64,000 bases of DNA from Octopus sinensis (Eukaryota). Location: NCBI RefSeq assembly GCF_006345805.1, contig NW_021832271.1:8753-72752 (forward strand), written 5' to 3'. Below, piece by piece: positions 13,210 through 26,653 of this stretch. Below the pieces are notes generated by a model, which worked only from the letters and a program-made list of their open reading frames with translations, was not told the DNA's origin and searched no databases. The first letter of the stretch is position 1. The number at the start of each line of letters is the position of its first letter. The translations under genes were made by a program, and so were the position numbers.

Positions 13210-14400
13210 TGTACACTGTCCCCATGTCCTATGTATTCCGGTTGTTATCTGTTTGTGGGGCGATAGAAAAGTTCTTGAAACTTATCAGCATTGAAATTGT
13301 TATTTTCATCAGCCCATTTCTATATTGCTTGCTGGTCATTGCTGTTTTACTACATCATGAAGGTTTGCGACCACCTGAGATACTTCAGTATCGTCACCGT
13401 AGCTGGTGACTGTGGCTGACCGTACGACTGACAGCACAACTGAGAGAGTCACTACAAACAGTAGTGGTCTCCGTACAGTCCTCTGAGGAATTCCGCTGCT
13501 GATTGATGTCTCCCTAGAGGGAACACCACTGTCTGCAACTGCGTTACTTCTATCCTTTAAAAAGTTTTGCAGTCACTCTCCCAGTTTTCCATTGATACCA
13601 AAATCACGTAGCAAAGTCGAGATTCTGACGTACACGTTTGAGTGGTCGAACCATTGTTTCAGAATCGAACCATAATATTGTAGAAGCTGCGTGAGGCTTC
13701 TGTGTTTTGTGTTTGTGAGCAAGTTATTCTCTTCCAGGAACATGATCAGTTGCCTGATATCGCCTTCCTTGACCTTGCTAACACGTGAAGTGACAGAGAT
13801 AGGTTGTAATTTTTAGAATCTGCGCCGCTTCTTCCTTTATGAATAGGGCATACGATACACTTTTTCCACAAGCAAGGAAACTCTGAAAAATTACCTGCAC
13901 TAGTTTTGCGTGAGCGTTTTTTTTTTTTTTGCATGTTTTTAGGAGAAAAGACCGAAATCAACCTGGGCCTTTTGCTGAGTTTGAGGTTTCTAATCAATAA
14001 CCGATATTACATCTTCCTCTTTTATGTCGATGTAATCAATAATTGCCTTTTCCCCGTGTATGTCTGTAATGCTCAAGAACTATTTAGTCTCGACCGTTTG
14101 TTAGTTTCCCATTGGAAAGTTGAAAATACTCTGGAATTGCTTATGTAATACTTCACACATCCTCTTGGGTCGTGCAGTTAGCGAGTCGACTTCTTCAAAT
14201 GGTGGTCCTATCTTGTAGTGCACTCAGGCAGACGTTTTCACGATCTTGTAGAAGGCTTGGAGATTTCTTTTTATATTTTCCACCACCCTGGTTTCTGTTT
14301 CTACGCTTTCCTTTTTATGGGAGAATCTAAGTTTATTTTCTATATCTAAAAGTCCCTCTCTCTCTAGAAAGGATTCCTCGCTGTCAATACGCTGTTTATT
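13210..14400 (-). mobile_element. CR1/L2-like LINE reverse transcriptase fossil
   Basis: Minus translation: VENIKRNLQAFYK..KIGP; CIVCPIHKGRSGADSKNY; GINGKLGE*LQNFLKDR; SGIPQRTVRRPLLF; SYGDDT (YADD motif). Disrupted. Confidence 0.8.
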
Positions 14401-14804
14401 TTAGTAATTGGAGATCTTTATACTCTTTGAAATATATACATATCATCGGTTGCACATATTCAGTGTATGTGTTTTGCCTGTTGGCCGGGTTCATTGCTTC
14501 ATAGCGCTTAAGGACGCCCACTGGTCATGGGGGGGGGGGCGAGACAACAAACCCGGCATCCAATTCAGTAGTGATGGATAGCTTGGCATTTTTTGTGGTT
14601 TTTCAACATCACAAACACGAGTTGAACCTGCGAGAAATATAATCGCCAGGCTATTTCTATGCATAAACAGGCTAAGAATTATTTGCTTGAGGGGTCGTTC
14701 TGAAGCGAAATCCGGAGAATAAAGAAAACACATATATTGAGCAGGTGTGATCGATAACTCCTACTTCAATAGCACTCCGATAACTGTTGCTATTTCGCTA
14801 TTGA

Positions 14805-14862
<58 letters not shown>

Positions 14863-16511
14863 ATAATGTGTGTATGTATACCCCTGCAGATAGATAGATA
14901 TCTAAAGATATTGATATTGTAACTCTGACAATATTTTGGTGGTTAATTCGATCACACATTGTATTATTGAATACATCACATCTTTAAATTCGAACAGGCG
15001 TTCGATATTTTCCGCACTTATCATACCAACTTAGTTCTTTACGAAATTATTTTAGACGACAAAATATATTCATTTATTTAGAAATCATATCAGATCGATT
15101 AAGAAGATGCTTCTAATTGAATATAAACACTCTTTATTTTATATCTAACGATGTTTCGAGGTAATACAGTTATAACGTAACCTATTACACTTTATATCCA
15201 GTACAATATAGCTTTGATATACATAACAAAACAAATTGATTTCCCCCGAAACAATATCAAATTAAAATACAAATCATACACAATAACAACATATTTATTG
15301 ACAATATCGAAATTTCCACTCGAACGATTACGACGAGACAAAAAGAAAGACAACATTTTGTTGAACTGTCGTATTATAAACGAGATTTTCCATAGATTGA
15401 TTGTTCTTGAATAATGACTGACGTACAATATAAGCGATGACTAAAAATGTAGAAACTAAGATTCTTGCATAGTCATGATTTTTTCTACTAAAAGCTCAAG
15501 TCCTGTAATTTTTAGGAGGGTGGCTAAGCAATTGCATCAGTCACAATGTTTCACCTGTAATTATTTTACCTTCCAGCAAACGATGAAATGCTAAGGCGAC
15601 CTCGTCTGTGTTTGAATTCGGAAAATATAACAGGAACAATAAGCATTTTGTCCGAAGCGTTTAATGTTCCACCAGCTTCCCGTCTTATATTTATATGAAG
15701 GATTTTGTGGAGAGGTGGTTAATTAGATTATTTTAAATCCAGTACATGATCGGTATTTACATTATCAATGCACGGAGGACCGTAGACGAAGTTATCGCCA
15801 ACAGAAATCGAATCCAAAACATAAGGGACGTTAAACTTAATGCTTTCAAAATTTGGCACCAGGTCAGAAATTTCAGGGATAAATCGATTACATTTTGACG
15901 CCAGTGTTCAACTGGTACTTGATTTATCGACCCCGAATGTGTGGAGGTACAAACGAAGAACATTCACAAACACACGCGCGCACACACATACATACATACG
16001 CTCATACAAATATGCATACACACATCCATGCACACATATATACACACACCCATACACACACACGGTAATCCTATTTAATTCACTATATCCATTGCAACAA
16101 ATAATTGGTTTTATAAATCAATTATTCATTAAATATCCTTAGAAGCCTATCGCCATTGTTGAAGGCGATTTCCTCATTAAACGGCGTGTCGCTGGGTCAC
16201 TCACTTCTAACAGAGGGACGTCTATATATAACTGCGTGCCGCCTTGGACAAGTGCCATCTGTAGTGGTCTCTGGCCAAACAAAGCATTTCGAGTGGGTTT
16301 TGAGGCGGACTCTGAAAAGAATCTTGTCATAAACACACACACACACACACACACACATATACTGAAGACGCGCGCATGCATTTTTGTGCGTATGTCTCTT
16401 TGTGCCCCTCCACCTCTTGACCATTGGTGGCAGTCTTGAGAAAATTATAACTACCGGAAGTGATTCGTTCGTCTACAATTACTGAAAGTGCTGCCACAGC
16501 ATGATAGATAG

Positions 16512-16519
<8 letters not shown>

Positions 16520-16569
<50 letters not shown>

Positions 16570-16602
16570 ATATATGTGTAAATGCATATGTATATATTTA
16601 TG

Positions 16603-16661
<59 letters not shown>

Positions 16662-16667
16662 GATATA

Positions 16668-16705
<38 letters not shown>

Positions 16706-16727
16706 CATATATATATGTTTGTGTGTG

Positions 16728-16770
<43 letters not shown>
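16520..16770. repeat. (TA)n/(TG)n microsatellite at a SINE tail
   Basis: Directly visible. Confidence 0.95.
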
Positions 16771-16772
<2 letters not shown>

Positions 16773-17125
16773 CTTTTATTCCTTTATTCTTGTTTCAATG
16801 ATTTGATAGCGGCCGTGCCGCAGAATCCCCTTAGATGTTAGAGGAAAAAACGTCCCCAGGACCTATTCGTTGTAGCCCTAGTACTTATTCGATAGGGGTC
16901 TTTTGCCGAACCGCTAAAATGCGGGGACATAAACACACCAGCATCGGTTGTCAAGCGATGGCAGGGCGACAAACCCACACACTCACACACACACACACAC
17001 CACACACACACACACACACACTGACACACACACACACACACATGTATATGTATGTATGTCTGTATATATATATATATATGAGGGGCTCCTTCCAGTTTCC
17101 GTCTACCACATCCACTCACAAGGTT
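16771..17125 (-). mobile_element. SINE family A, 5'-truncated
   Basis: Tail, GCATCGGTTGTCAAGC body, internal (CA)n and TTTCCGTCTACC motif match other copies. Confidence 0.8.
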
Positions 17126-17340
17126 ACCACGCATTGGGACATAGTCTCTCTCTCTCTCTGCGCAATTCAGGTACACAACACAAATACGCTGCAAGACAAT
17201 CAGTGTTCCTCAACCTACCCTACACTTTAACGTTATCCAGAGCAAGAAAAAAGGTTCCCTTGCTTGGAAACAATATCTTGAGAAATTGATATACATGTGT
17301 GTGTGTGTGTGTGTGCACGCGCGTGTATTTATAAATAGAA

Positions 17341-18270
17341 GCGTAGGCGTGGCTGTGTGGTAAGAAGCTTGTTCGCCAACCGCATGGTTCCGCGTTCAGT
17401 CCCATTGCGTGGCATCTTAGACAGCTGTCGTCTTAGGCAATGTGTCGTCCACGAGCTAACCAAAGCCTTATCAGTGGATATTTTAGACGGAATCTGAAAA
17501 AAGCCCGTTGTACATGTATGTATGTTCTTTATCTTATATTAAACTTTTTAATATTTTTGATAGTTATAGTTATAAAAAAAAAAAATAATAATGATAATAA
17601 TAATATATATATATATATATATTTAAAGAGCAATAAAGATTCAAGTTAATTTAAAAAATTTACTTGAATATGGTACCTAACTTAGATGCACCAAAAAAAA
17701 ACTATACTGATTTAACAATACAGTAATGTGGGGGATTATAAGCGAGAAAGAAGCAACAAGAATGGATAGGTTTTTAGTACGATCGTTTCATACAAGGACA
17801 GGTTTTATTAAAAGTTGCAAAGATTAAGTTGCTGTAATCTTTGCAACTTTATAAAAACCTGTCTTGTATGAAACGATCGTACTAAAAACCTATCCATTCT
17901 TGTTGCTTCTTTCTCGCGTATATATATATTATATATAAATTTTATAAGCATAAATTAATACACACACACACACAAACAACACACACACACACATATATAT
18001 ATGTATATATATATATATGTGTGTGTGTGGTGTGTGTGTGTGTGTGTGTGTTGTGTGTGAGGTGCGTGTGTGCGTCCCTCTCCTCATATCGCTTGACAAC
18101 CGACGCTTGTGTCTCTACGTCCCCCAACTTAGCGGTTCGGCATAAAATACTGATAGAACAAATACCAGACTTGCAAAGAGGTCTAGGGAACGATTTCATC
18201 AACCAAAAGTTGGTGCTCCAACATGGTCCAAGTCAAAAGCCTGAAACAAGTAGAAGAATAAAAGAATATA
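17341..18270 (+). mobile_element. SINE family A split into head (17341-17515) and tail (18017-18270) by AT-rich sequence and a palindromic insertion
   Basis: Head GCGTAGGCGTGGCTGTGTGGTAAG and tail CGCTTGACAACCGA..GAAACAAGTAGAAG are in the same orientation, with the interruption at the internal microsatellite position. Confidence 0.6.
17741..17918. mobile_element. Palindromic MITE / foldback element flanked by TA
   Basis: Arms 17742-17826 and 17835-17917 are near-perfect inverted repeats around the 8-nt loop AGTTGCTG; TA on both sides (Tc1/mariner-type TSD). Confidence 0.75.
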
Positions 18271-18878
18271 TGTATTCGTGAGTAGGTGTGCGGTGTTCAT
18301 GTACCAACAAGCAGTTCAATAAGACATCTTCGAACTCCATATACGTTATTGAAACCCATTTTATAAAACGACCTGTTTTCACAGTAAAACATATTTCACA
18401 TTATAAAGACATTTAAACGGTACAATCTTATATCTCTGCCTCAATGCACCCCTCTTTGTTTTAGAATTCCTGCTACTGTTTTCTCTCTTTGTGTCCAATT
18501 GCCTCTAATTATTTATTCCATTCCGTGTTTTGCTTACTAATTCTGAATGTATAGATAGAGTAACGTGGCCAGGTGCTACGAAGAATTTTCATAGAGTTTA
18601 TAAACAGTGGAAGGTGATTTCATTTCATTTTCAGTAATTTGGTTTCCTTTCGCTCTTGAAGTTTCTTTGACGGTTTGCGACTTCATTGATGAATAAATAC
18701 AGTTAGTCCAAATATTTAACGATACAACTCAATAATATTCACAAGAGGCGCTATTTCAATCGAGCGGATGTAATGAGAAAGCTAGCGTACGTAGTCGATT
18801 CTTTTGATGCTGGGGCTAGAGATAAGGAAGTCAATTTTAATTAATGAAACTTTCGTCACAACTGTGGCAAATATAGGG

Positions 18879-19063
18879 AAGAATGAAACATAAAATTTCC
18901 TGATGAGATCCGAATAAGAATGAAGCATACAATTTCCTGATGAGGTCAGAATAAGAATGAAGCATACATTTTCCTGATGAGGTCAGAATAAGAATGAAGC
19001 ATGCAATTTCCTGATGAGATCCGAATAAGAATGAAGCATACAATTTCCTGATGAGGTCAGAAT
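18879..19063. repeat. 37-bp minisatellite, 5 units
   Basis: CTGATGAG starts at 18900, 18937, 18974, 19011 and 19048 (period 37); unit AATTTCCTGATGAG(ATCC/GTCA)GAATAAGAATGAAGCATAC. Confidence 0.95.
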
Positions 19064-19952
19064 AGATGTGAAGTGCATCTGGGTTTCTTCGCCATATTTC
19101 TCGAAAAGGTGAACGTAACATTAGATTTTTACCAATATTGTGTTTTCGTCATCACGTTTGTCACTATTTAGCATTTGTATTGTTTGTTACCTGCTTGCAA
19201 ATATACAACACTGACTTCGAGTACTGGATATCTCTGGTAAGCATATAGCGATCTCGTTGGTTCCATCTCAATTTACAAAATAAACCAAAATTATATAATA
19301 TATTAAAGGCTACTGAATATTTGTAGAACGAAAATTTTAAAAGTTCTGATGAAGGTTATAGTTGATCTGTCCGATAGCAGTTGAGGCCTAGCTTGGCTGG
19401 TACATAACATATCGAGTCCGAACGAAGTTGTAAGTCCATCGAGGTGCGACGTGCTCAAATCCTAAATGTCTGTTACAGAAATAGACAAGGTATTGTAACA
19501 GAGGCTTTATTCATATTAACAGTGGCCTGTCCTATGCAGATACTGAATTTACACCAATTTAATGAAAACATCGGCGAAAAATAAAATAACATATGAAGAG
19601 AAAGAGGAATAGAATCAATATACAAAAAGCATAATGTTGATATCGCAATTCTTGGAAATAGGGTCCCACATAGCGTGTTACAACCCCATCACCACCCATG
19701 CTTTCAAAATACATGTGCGTTATATGAAGGTGTTCAAAAACTTAAAGAAATGACTAGAGCTGAAACTCAATACAGGCATAAAAGTACGACTGATTGCAAC
19801 GAGATGTTCGCTATGTGACAATCATTTTGCAAAATGAGTCAGGAAACATCGACTCAGATAAAGTGTGACGTAATTCGAATGGAATGTTGACGTTTATGAC
19901 GTGGTGGCTTTAATTGTGCTTCAATGTGGTTACGATGGTGAGGAGAAAAGAC

Positions 19953-19959
<7 letters not shown>

Positions 19960-19998
<39 letters not shown>

Positions 19999-20320
19999 TG
20001 ATAAAGCGAGAGAAAGAAAGCAGATGACATACACAGATACACACATACACATATATTTACATGCATACATACATACTTACATATATATATATATATTATA
20101 TATACATTATGAATATATATATATATATATATATTATATAATATATGTATATGTTATATATGTATATATATATATATGTATATATATATATGTATATATA
20201 TAATATATATATATATACATATGTATATACACATAAACATACATACATACGTATATACATAATATATACACACACATATATATATATATATGGGTGTGTT
20301 TGTGTGTTTGTGAGTGTGTA
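19960..20320. repeat. (TG)n/(CA)n/(TA)n compound microsatellite
   Basis: Directly visible. Confidence 0.93.
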
Positions 20321-21259
20321 TAAACATGGCGTCGAACAGAGATATGTTGACATAGAGTACTATTGATTCTTCCGAATAATGAATACTGTCCCCTGTAAAA
20401 TTTGCCATTAAGGAATAAAAGAAAATGGTTATTTGGTATGAATAATTGCAAAGAAACAAACTCGTAGCGGTAATGAAACAGTGGAATAAAGAATGCGTGG
20501 CAAAATTACGCTACATACACATTAGCGAGGAAAGAACCCGAAGTCAGCTATCACAAATCGCGGAACCATCGAGAAAAATTTCAACTGAACAGCTACTCAA
20601 CATAACTGTGCTTAAGGAAGTCAAGCAACACTTAAAGATATGGCTAGTCCAGAAAGCGTTCAGCTCTATGCTCCACTCATAGGTAATAGTATCGTTGCAC
20701 TTTTGAAAATCCACTCACAAGTCTTTGGTCTGCCCGAGGTAGAAGACAGTTGCCCGGTGGTGTCACGCAATAGCGGTGCCCCAGCATGGCCACAGCTCAT
20801 AAGCTGAAACTAGAATCAATCAATCAATGTGACTAGACCCTGAAACATGTGTTTGGAAAGCAAGCTTCTTTCATCCTCTCTCTCTCCCTCTGTGCATGTA
20901 AATATACAGTTATATACGTATGCTTGTATACATGTATATTAATATTTGTGTTTACGTTTAAATAGAAAAGCAATTTGAACGCTAAACCGAAAGATTGTTC
21001 ATTGCATGTTTGTTCATTCTTATTAACCATTTTCACTCTTATGGATGCAAGCAACGTGAACTTGGAATTCACTTTTAAACTTTTTCTTGCATCTGTTAAG
21101 TATATATGCTCGAACTTTTGATGTTTCTTCCTAATCTGTTCATCTATAAGTCTTTCTTTCTCTCTCTCTCTCTCTCTCTACCACACACATGGATATACAT
21201 ACACACGTATGTGTAAATGTGTACACACATATCTATATAAGTACACACACACACACACA

Positions 21260-21293
<34 letters not shown>

Positions 21294-22048
21294 ATGTGTG
21301 TGTGTAGATATACTCATGAGTCGATCAGTGATGTTTTATTTAAACGAAAATCCAGCTTTTGTATATCCTTATACTAGATAAGTATTACCATTCGATTTCC
21401 TAATTTGATAGGGGGAAAATATTGTGTTTCAGTTTATAAATGTTATCATACCGTCTCTGATGTATCACTCTTCAGTGTTATGCACAAAAAGAAAAATTGG
21501 AACTATAGACACGATACATATTGGAAAGATAAAGGAATAAGACGAAAAACCAAGTGATTTTTATTCTTATTTTACACAAAATTCATTGATGAAAAATTTA
21601 AAGCAAAGGAGAATAATTTCTTATCAGAAAACGCATGGATGAATAACAAGAACCGACGAACTCACCACAGATTTCTTTCAGCTTATAAAGACAGGAATAA
21701 TTTTCCTTTAGATTCTGGATTTTTTAAATTTCTTGAAAAACACGATACGATCAACCGACATCATTAAAACCTAAAGCAGAATTTTTATTCTCAAAGAACT
21801 CTCGCACATTCATATATTTTTCAATATTTATGATCTTTTCGGTTCTGCTTCTATTATTGTTTCGCCAGTTTAGTATACTTTATCATTTTGACAGACAAAA
21901 GATTCTTCGATATCGTGGATGTTCGGCAAGCGATTGATTCCTGGTTCGAATACATTATTACATTGTCTGATTAGATATAATGGCGTGTACCCAATACAGC
22001 TGACTTCTTATAAATGTTGAAAGACTGCAAGGACGGAGTCGGGTCACA

Positions 22049-22390
22049 GGTTAAGTTAAGTTACGTTTTTGGCTCAAAAAGCAAAAAAGCAAGGCCATGT
22101 AGGGGGACATTGAGTTATGTACAGGGAGGGTGTTCATGCAAAGAGTTCAGGCCATTTCTGGTCAAGGGAGACTTTGAACCAAGCGGTCGTTGGTATCTTC
22201 ACTATCTCGTCCGGCAGCTTATTCCACGAATCCGCAACCCGGACGGAGAAAGCCCCTCTCCTTCGATTGAGATGAAATCATCGCAGATAGAGCTTTTCGG
22301 AGTGACCCCGCAGCCGACGCTCTGGAGCAGGAGTGAAGAACAGCTCTTTCGAGAGGTTACACTTTCCGTTTATGATGTTGTGAGGTGACT
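22049..22390 (-). mobile_element. CR1/L2-like LINE 3' end (5'-truncated insertion)
   Basis: HNIINGKCNLSKELFFTPAPERRLRGHSEKLYLR*FHLNRRRGAFSVRVADSWNKLPDEIVKIPTTAWFKVSLDQKWPELFA* (RGH..KL / FS.RV...WN.LP / FK..LD motif), then a 3' UTR ending in (TAACT)n. Confidence 0.85.
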
Positions 22391-22715
22391 CTGGCAGAGA
22401 GACACTATGTACGTGTGGATATGTGTGTGTGTTTGTTAGTACTTGCCTAGTAAGAGGCATCACTTGAAGAGTGTTACAGACAAAAGGAAATCTTACTCGA
22501 AACGAACAAGATGTCAAGTAGTCTAAGAAATCCAAGATAACGCGAAAAACTGCTTGGCATCTCAAAAAAAAGGAGATCCAGAAATGTTTCCTTCAATTTA
22601 AACGCTACTGGATAAAATGTGCAGTTTTAGAAGGGGATAATTAGCAGATAATTAACTGCCGAACTGATGAGTTGTAAATAGAAATAATATATTTCTAAAT
22701 CTGAAGCGTTACTCC

Positions 22716-23036
22716 GGATCTTTTCACTTTGACCGGCAGATTTAAAAAATAATTTCTTTGTAACTAAACACATTTAAACTTCGTATAGTGGTAGAATGTG
22801 TTACATTAAACATATTTTTCTCTTGGCTTTCTTGAGAAAATTCTGTAGTTTGTAAGCTATTTGTTGTTAAATTTCTTGCATTTCGCCAATTTCAACCAAT
22901 CAATGACGTCTATTGAGGTGAAGCCAAGAGAAAAAATATGTTTTATGTAACACATTCTACCAGTATACGAAGTTTAAAAGTGTTTAGTTACAAAGAAATT
23001 ATTTTTTTAAATCTGCCGATCAAAGTGAAAAGATCC
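22716..23036. mobile_element. hAT-like MITE with about 115-bp TIRs and 8-bp TSD
   Basis: GGATCTTTTCACTTTGA...TCAAAGTGAAAAGATCC inverted arms; GTTACTCC duplicated at 22708-22715 and 23037-23044. Confidence 0.85.
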
Positions 23037-23270
23037 GTTACTCCATACTTTTGCAGTGTATACACTTATTCTTTAACAACAACCGTATAGATAGTGGCGT
23101 CGAATTTCCAGCCAGATAAACCACCATAGAATGATTTAGCCTAAGGTGCTACGAAGTGGTACGAAACCCAAAACCGTATGATTAGGAGGCAAACTTCTAA
23201 CCATAGAGCCACGCCTCCAATTACACCTTATTCCCTTCATTAAATTGTTGGACGAGAGATACTGAACACG

Positions 23271-23658
23271 TGGAAGCACTCCGTCGGTTACGACGATGAG
23301 GGTTCCGGTTGATCCGAATCAACGGAACAGCCTGCTCGTGAAATTAACGTGTAAGTGGCTGAGCACTCCACAGACACGTGTACCCTTAACGTAGTTCTCG
23401 GGGATACTCAGCGTGACACAGAGAGTGACAAGGCCGGCTCCTTGAAATACAGGTACAACAGAAAGAGGAAGTAAGAGTGAGAGAAAGTTGTGGTGAAAGA
23501 GTACAGCAGGGATCACCACCATCCCCTGCCGGCCGGAGCCTCGTGGAACTTTTAGGTGTTTTCGCTCAATAAACACTCACAACGCCCGGTCTGGGAATCG
23601 AAACCGCGATCCTATGACCGCGAGTCCGCTGCCCTAACCACTGGGCCATTGCACCTCC
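23271..23658 (-). mobile_element. SINE family C (tRNA-derived), full length with TSD
   Basis: Head GGAGGTGCAATGGCCCAGTGGTTAGG (A box) ... GTTTCGATTCC (B box); 11-bp TSD TACTGAACACG at 23260-23270 and 23659-23669. Confidence 0.92.
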
Positions 23659-24533
23659 TACTGAACACGACAGTGTTAAGATATCAGGGTTTGTTTCAAC
23701 AAATTTCGCGACGGTCATGGCTGGGATCTCTTTGAAGATATGTTAGTCCTGTGAGTCCTAATCTTGGATCAAATGACAAAATCATAAATTTCTTGTGTAG
23801 TAGTGACTGTGTAACGCATTATAATTATTAGTTTCATCCTTTGAGTTGAAACCATGTGATGGCGATGTTTGCTTTCACCATTCATTACTACGCTAGCAAT
23901 AAAATCATTAACAGGCCTCTGTACTTGTGTCGAATTTATCTCGCTCTGCTTATTTCCTTTACAGTAGAGCCATGACACTGTGAGAAATCGATTTTGTGTT
24001 CTATTATATATGTCTCCAAGTGATTTGTTCTCATGAATCTATATAATCCATTGAATGGGATTATATTTCGGAAAAAGCTCGTAAGTGATTATGCTAGAAA
24101 GAGTCGCTTTTTGAAAATGAATGTTTACTGTAAAAGCCTGTGGCTTATATTATGTAACTGCAAATAAAGCGAGAATGGGTTCTTTTGTTAAGTCCGCGGC
24201 CTGAGAGTTGGAAATGTTTCGGGCTGTAAATAAGTAAATAAAATAAAGCACAAACAAATATTATGGTGTTAGAGGTAAGCTGTAATAAACTAGACATTCT
24301 AAATGTATTCTGGGTTTGTCATAGAAACACACATACACAAATACAAAACCCTTTCCACACACAAATTCCACGCAATCTCACAGAGACAAGCTGAGGCATA
24401 GACAAATACATACACATACATACGCATAGACACACAAACTTGCCGGTATATAGAAACACACACACGAAAACACACACATACACACACAGACACACGTGTA
24501 TAAACCATACACATACAAATACACACACATACG

Positions 24534-24534
<1 letters not shown>

Positions 24535-24564
<30 letters not shown>

Positions 24565-24582
24565 CTATCTATCATCTATCTA

Positions 24583-24651
<69 letters not shown>

Positions 24652-24660
24652 CTCTCTATA
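24535..24660. repeat. (TATC)n tetranucleotide microsatellite
   Basis: Directly visible. Confidence 0.96.
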
Positions 24661-24952
24661 TATATACAAAGACAAGCACACATTCGTCTCTGAAGTAAGC
24701 TTCTAATTCTAAATCCCAGATGCTGTAGCTACTGTAAATTCCTATTGCTGCTGCAGATATTGATGTTTTGCTTATTTTCCCATTAACATGGCAGCATGAG
24801 TTCTCATCGAGCAGACGCGTCATCAACGACATTCCAGCTGTGACCATCCAGTTATATTTCCATTTTTGCTTTGTTAATTCAGACAATAAAATTTAGGGTT
24901 GCATTATCTAACTTGACTTTCCTTTTAGTAAGACTTTATCTCTCTCTTTCTC

Positions 24953-25352
24953 TCTCTTTTACTTGTTTCATTCATTTGATTGCGGACATGCTGGAGCACC
25001 GCCTTTTTAGTCGAGCAAATTGACCCCGGGACTTATTTTTTGTAAGCCCAGTACTTATTCTATCGGTATCTTTTGCCGAACCGCTAAGTGATGGGGACGT
25101 AAACACACCAGCATCGGTTGTCAAGCAATGCTAGGTGGACAAACACAGACACACATACATTCACACATATATATATATATACATATATACGACAGGCTTC
25201 TTTCAGTTTCCGTCTACCAAATCCACCCACAAGGCATTGGGCGGCCCGGGGCTATAGCAGAAGACACTTGCCCAAGATGCCACGCAGTGGGACTGAACCC
25301 GGAACAATGTGGTTGGTTAGCAAGCTACTTACCACACAGCCACTCCTGCGCC
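24953..25352 (-). mobile_element. SINE family A, full length
   Basis: Complete head, core, microsatellite linker and tail. Confidence 0.92.
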
Positions 25353-25564
25353 TATCGTGTATTTTTTTTTATATAATTTGGTTGCTATTTGGTTGCTTAG
25401 CCAGCAGACTAAGGTGACACTTGTTTACTGGTCACACTTGAAGAATTCTGCGAAGAATTCGTCAAAGTTGTTTATTTTTTTCTTCTTCTTTCCTCGTTGG
25501 TCCTGTTGTCACCGGGGAATGCTTTGTCGATTACCACGCAAGGTCTTTCTTTTTTATTCACCAC

Positions 25565-26385
<821 letters not shown>

Positions 26386-26559
26386 ATCACTGTTAGTGAT
26401 TTGACTCAAGTACGTTCTTGTTCCTTGCAGAATTTATGTAGGTATCAACAAGATTTCAATAATCTTTCAGGTGTCACGGTACAATAGGATTTTGCATCTA
26501 CACATGTAAACATCCTCTCTCTCTCTCTCTCTCTCTAGCTTTATCTCTCTCTTTTTCTT

Positions 26560-26566
26560 ATATATG

Positions 26567-26650
<84 letters not shown>
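26560..26650. repeat. (TA)n microsatellite
   Basis: Directly visible. Confidence 0.97.

Positions 26651-26653
<3 letters not shown>

Noticed and set aside
18879-19063. CRISPR-like array
   Set aside because: Units are contiguous with no unique spacers; eukaryotic context; no cas genes.
19346-19376. CTGATGAAGG...CCGATA hammerhead-like word
   Set aside because: GATA instead of GAAA, and no helix I or III pairing.
22664-22684. CTGATGAG...GAAA hammerhead-like word
   Set aside because: No helix II pairing and no cleavage triplet with helix I.
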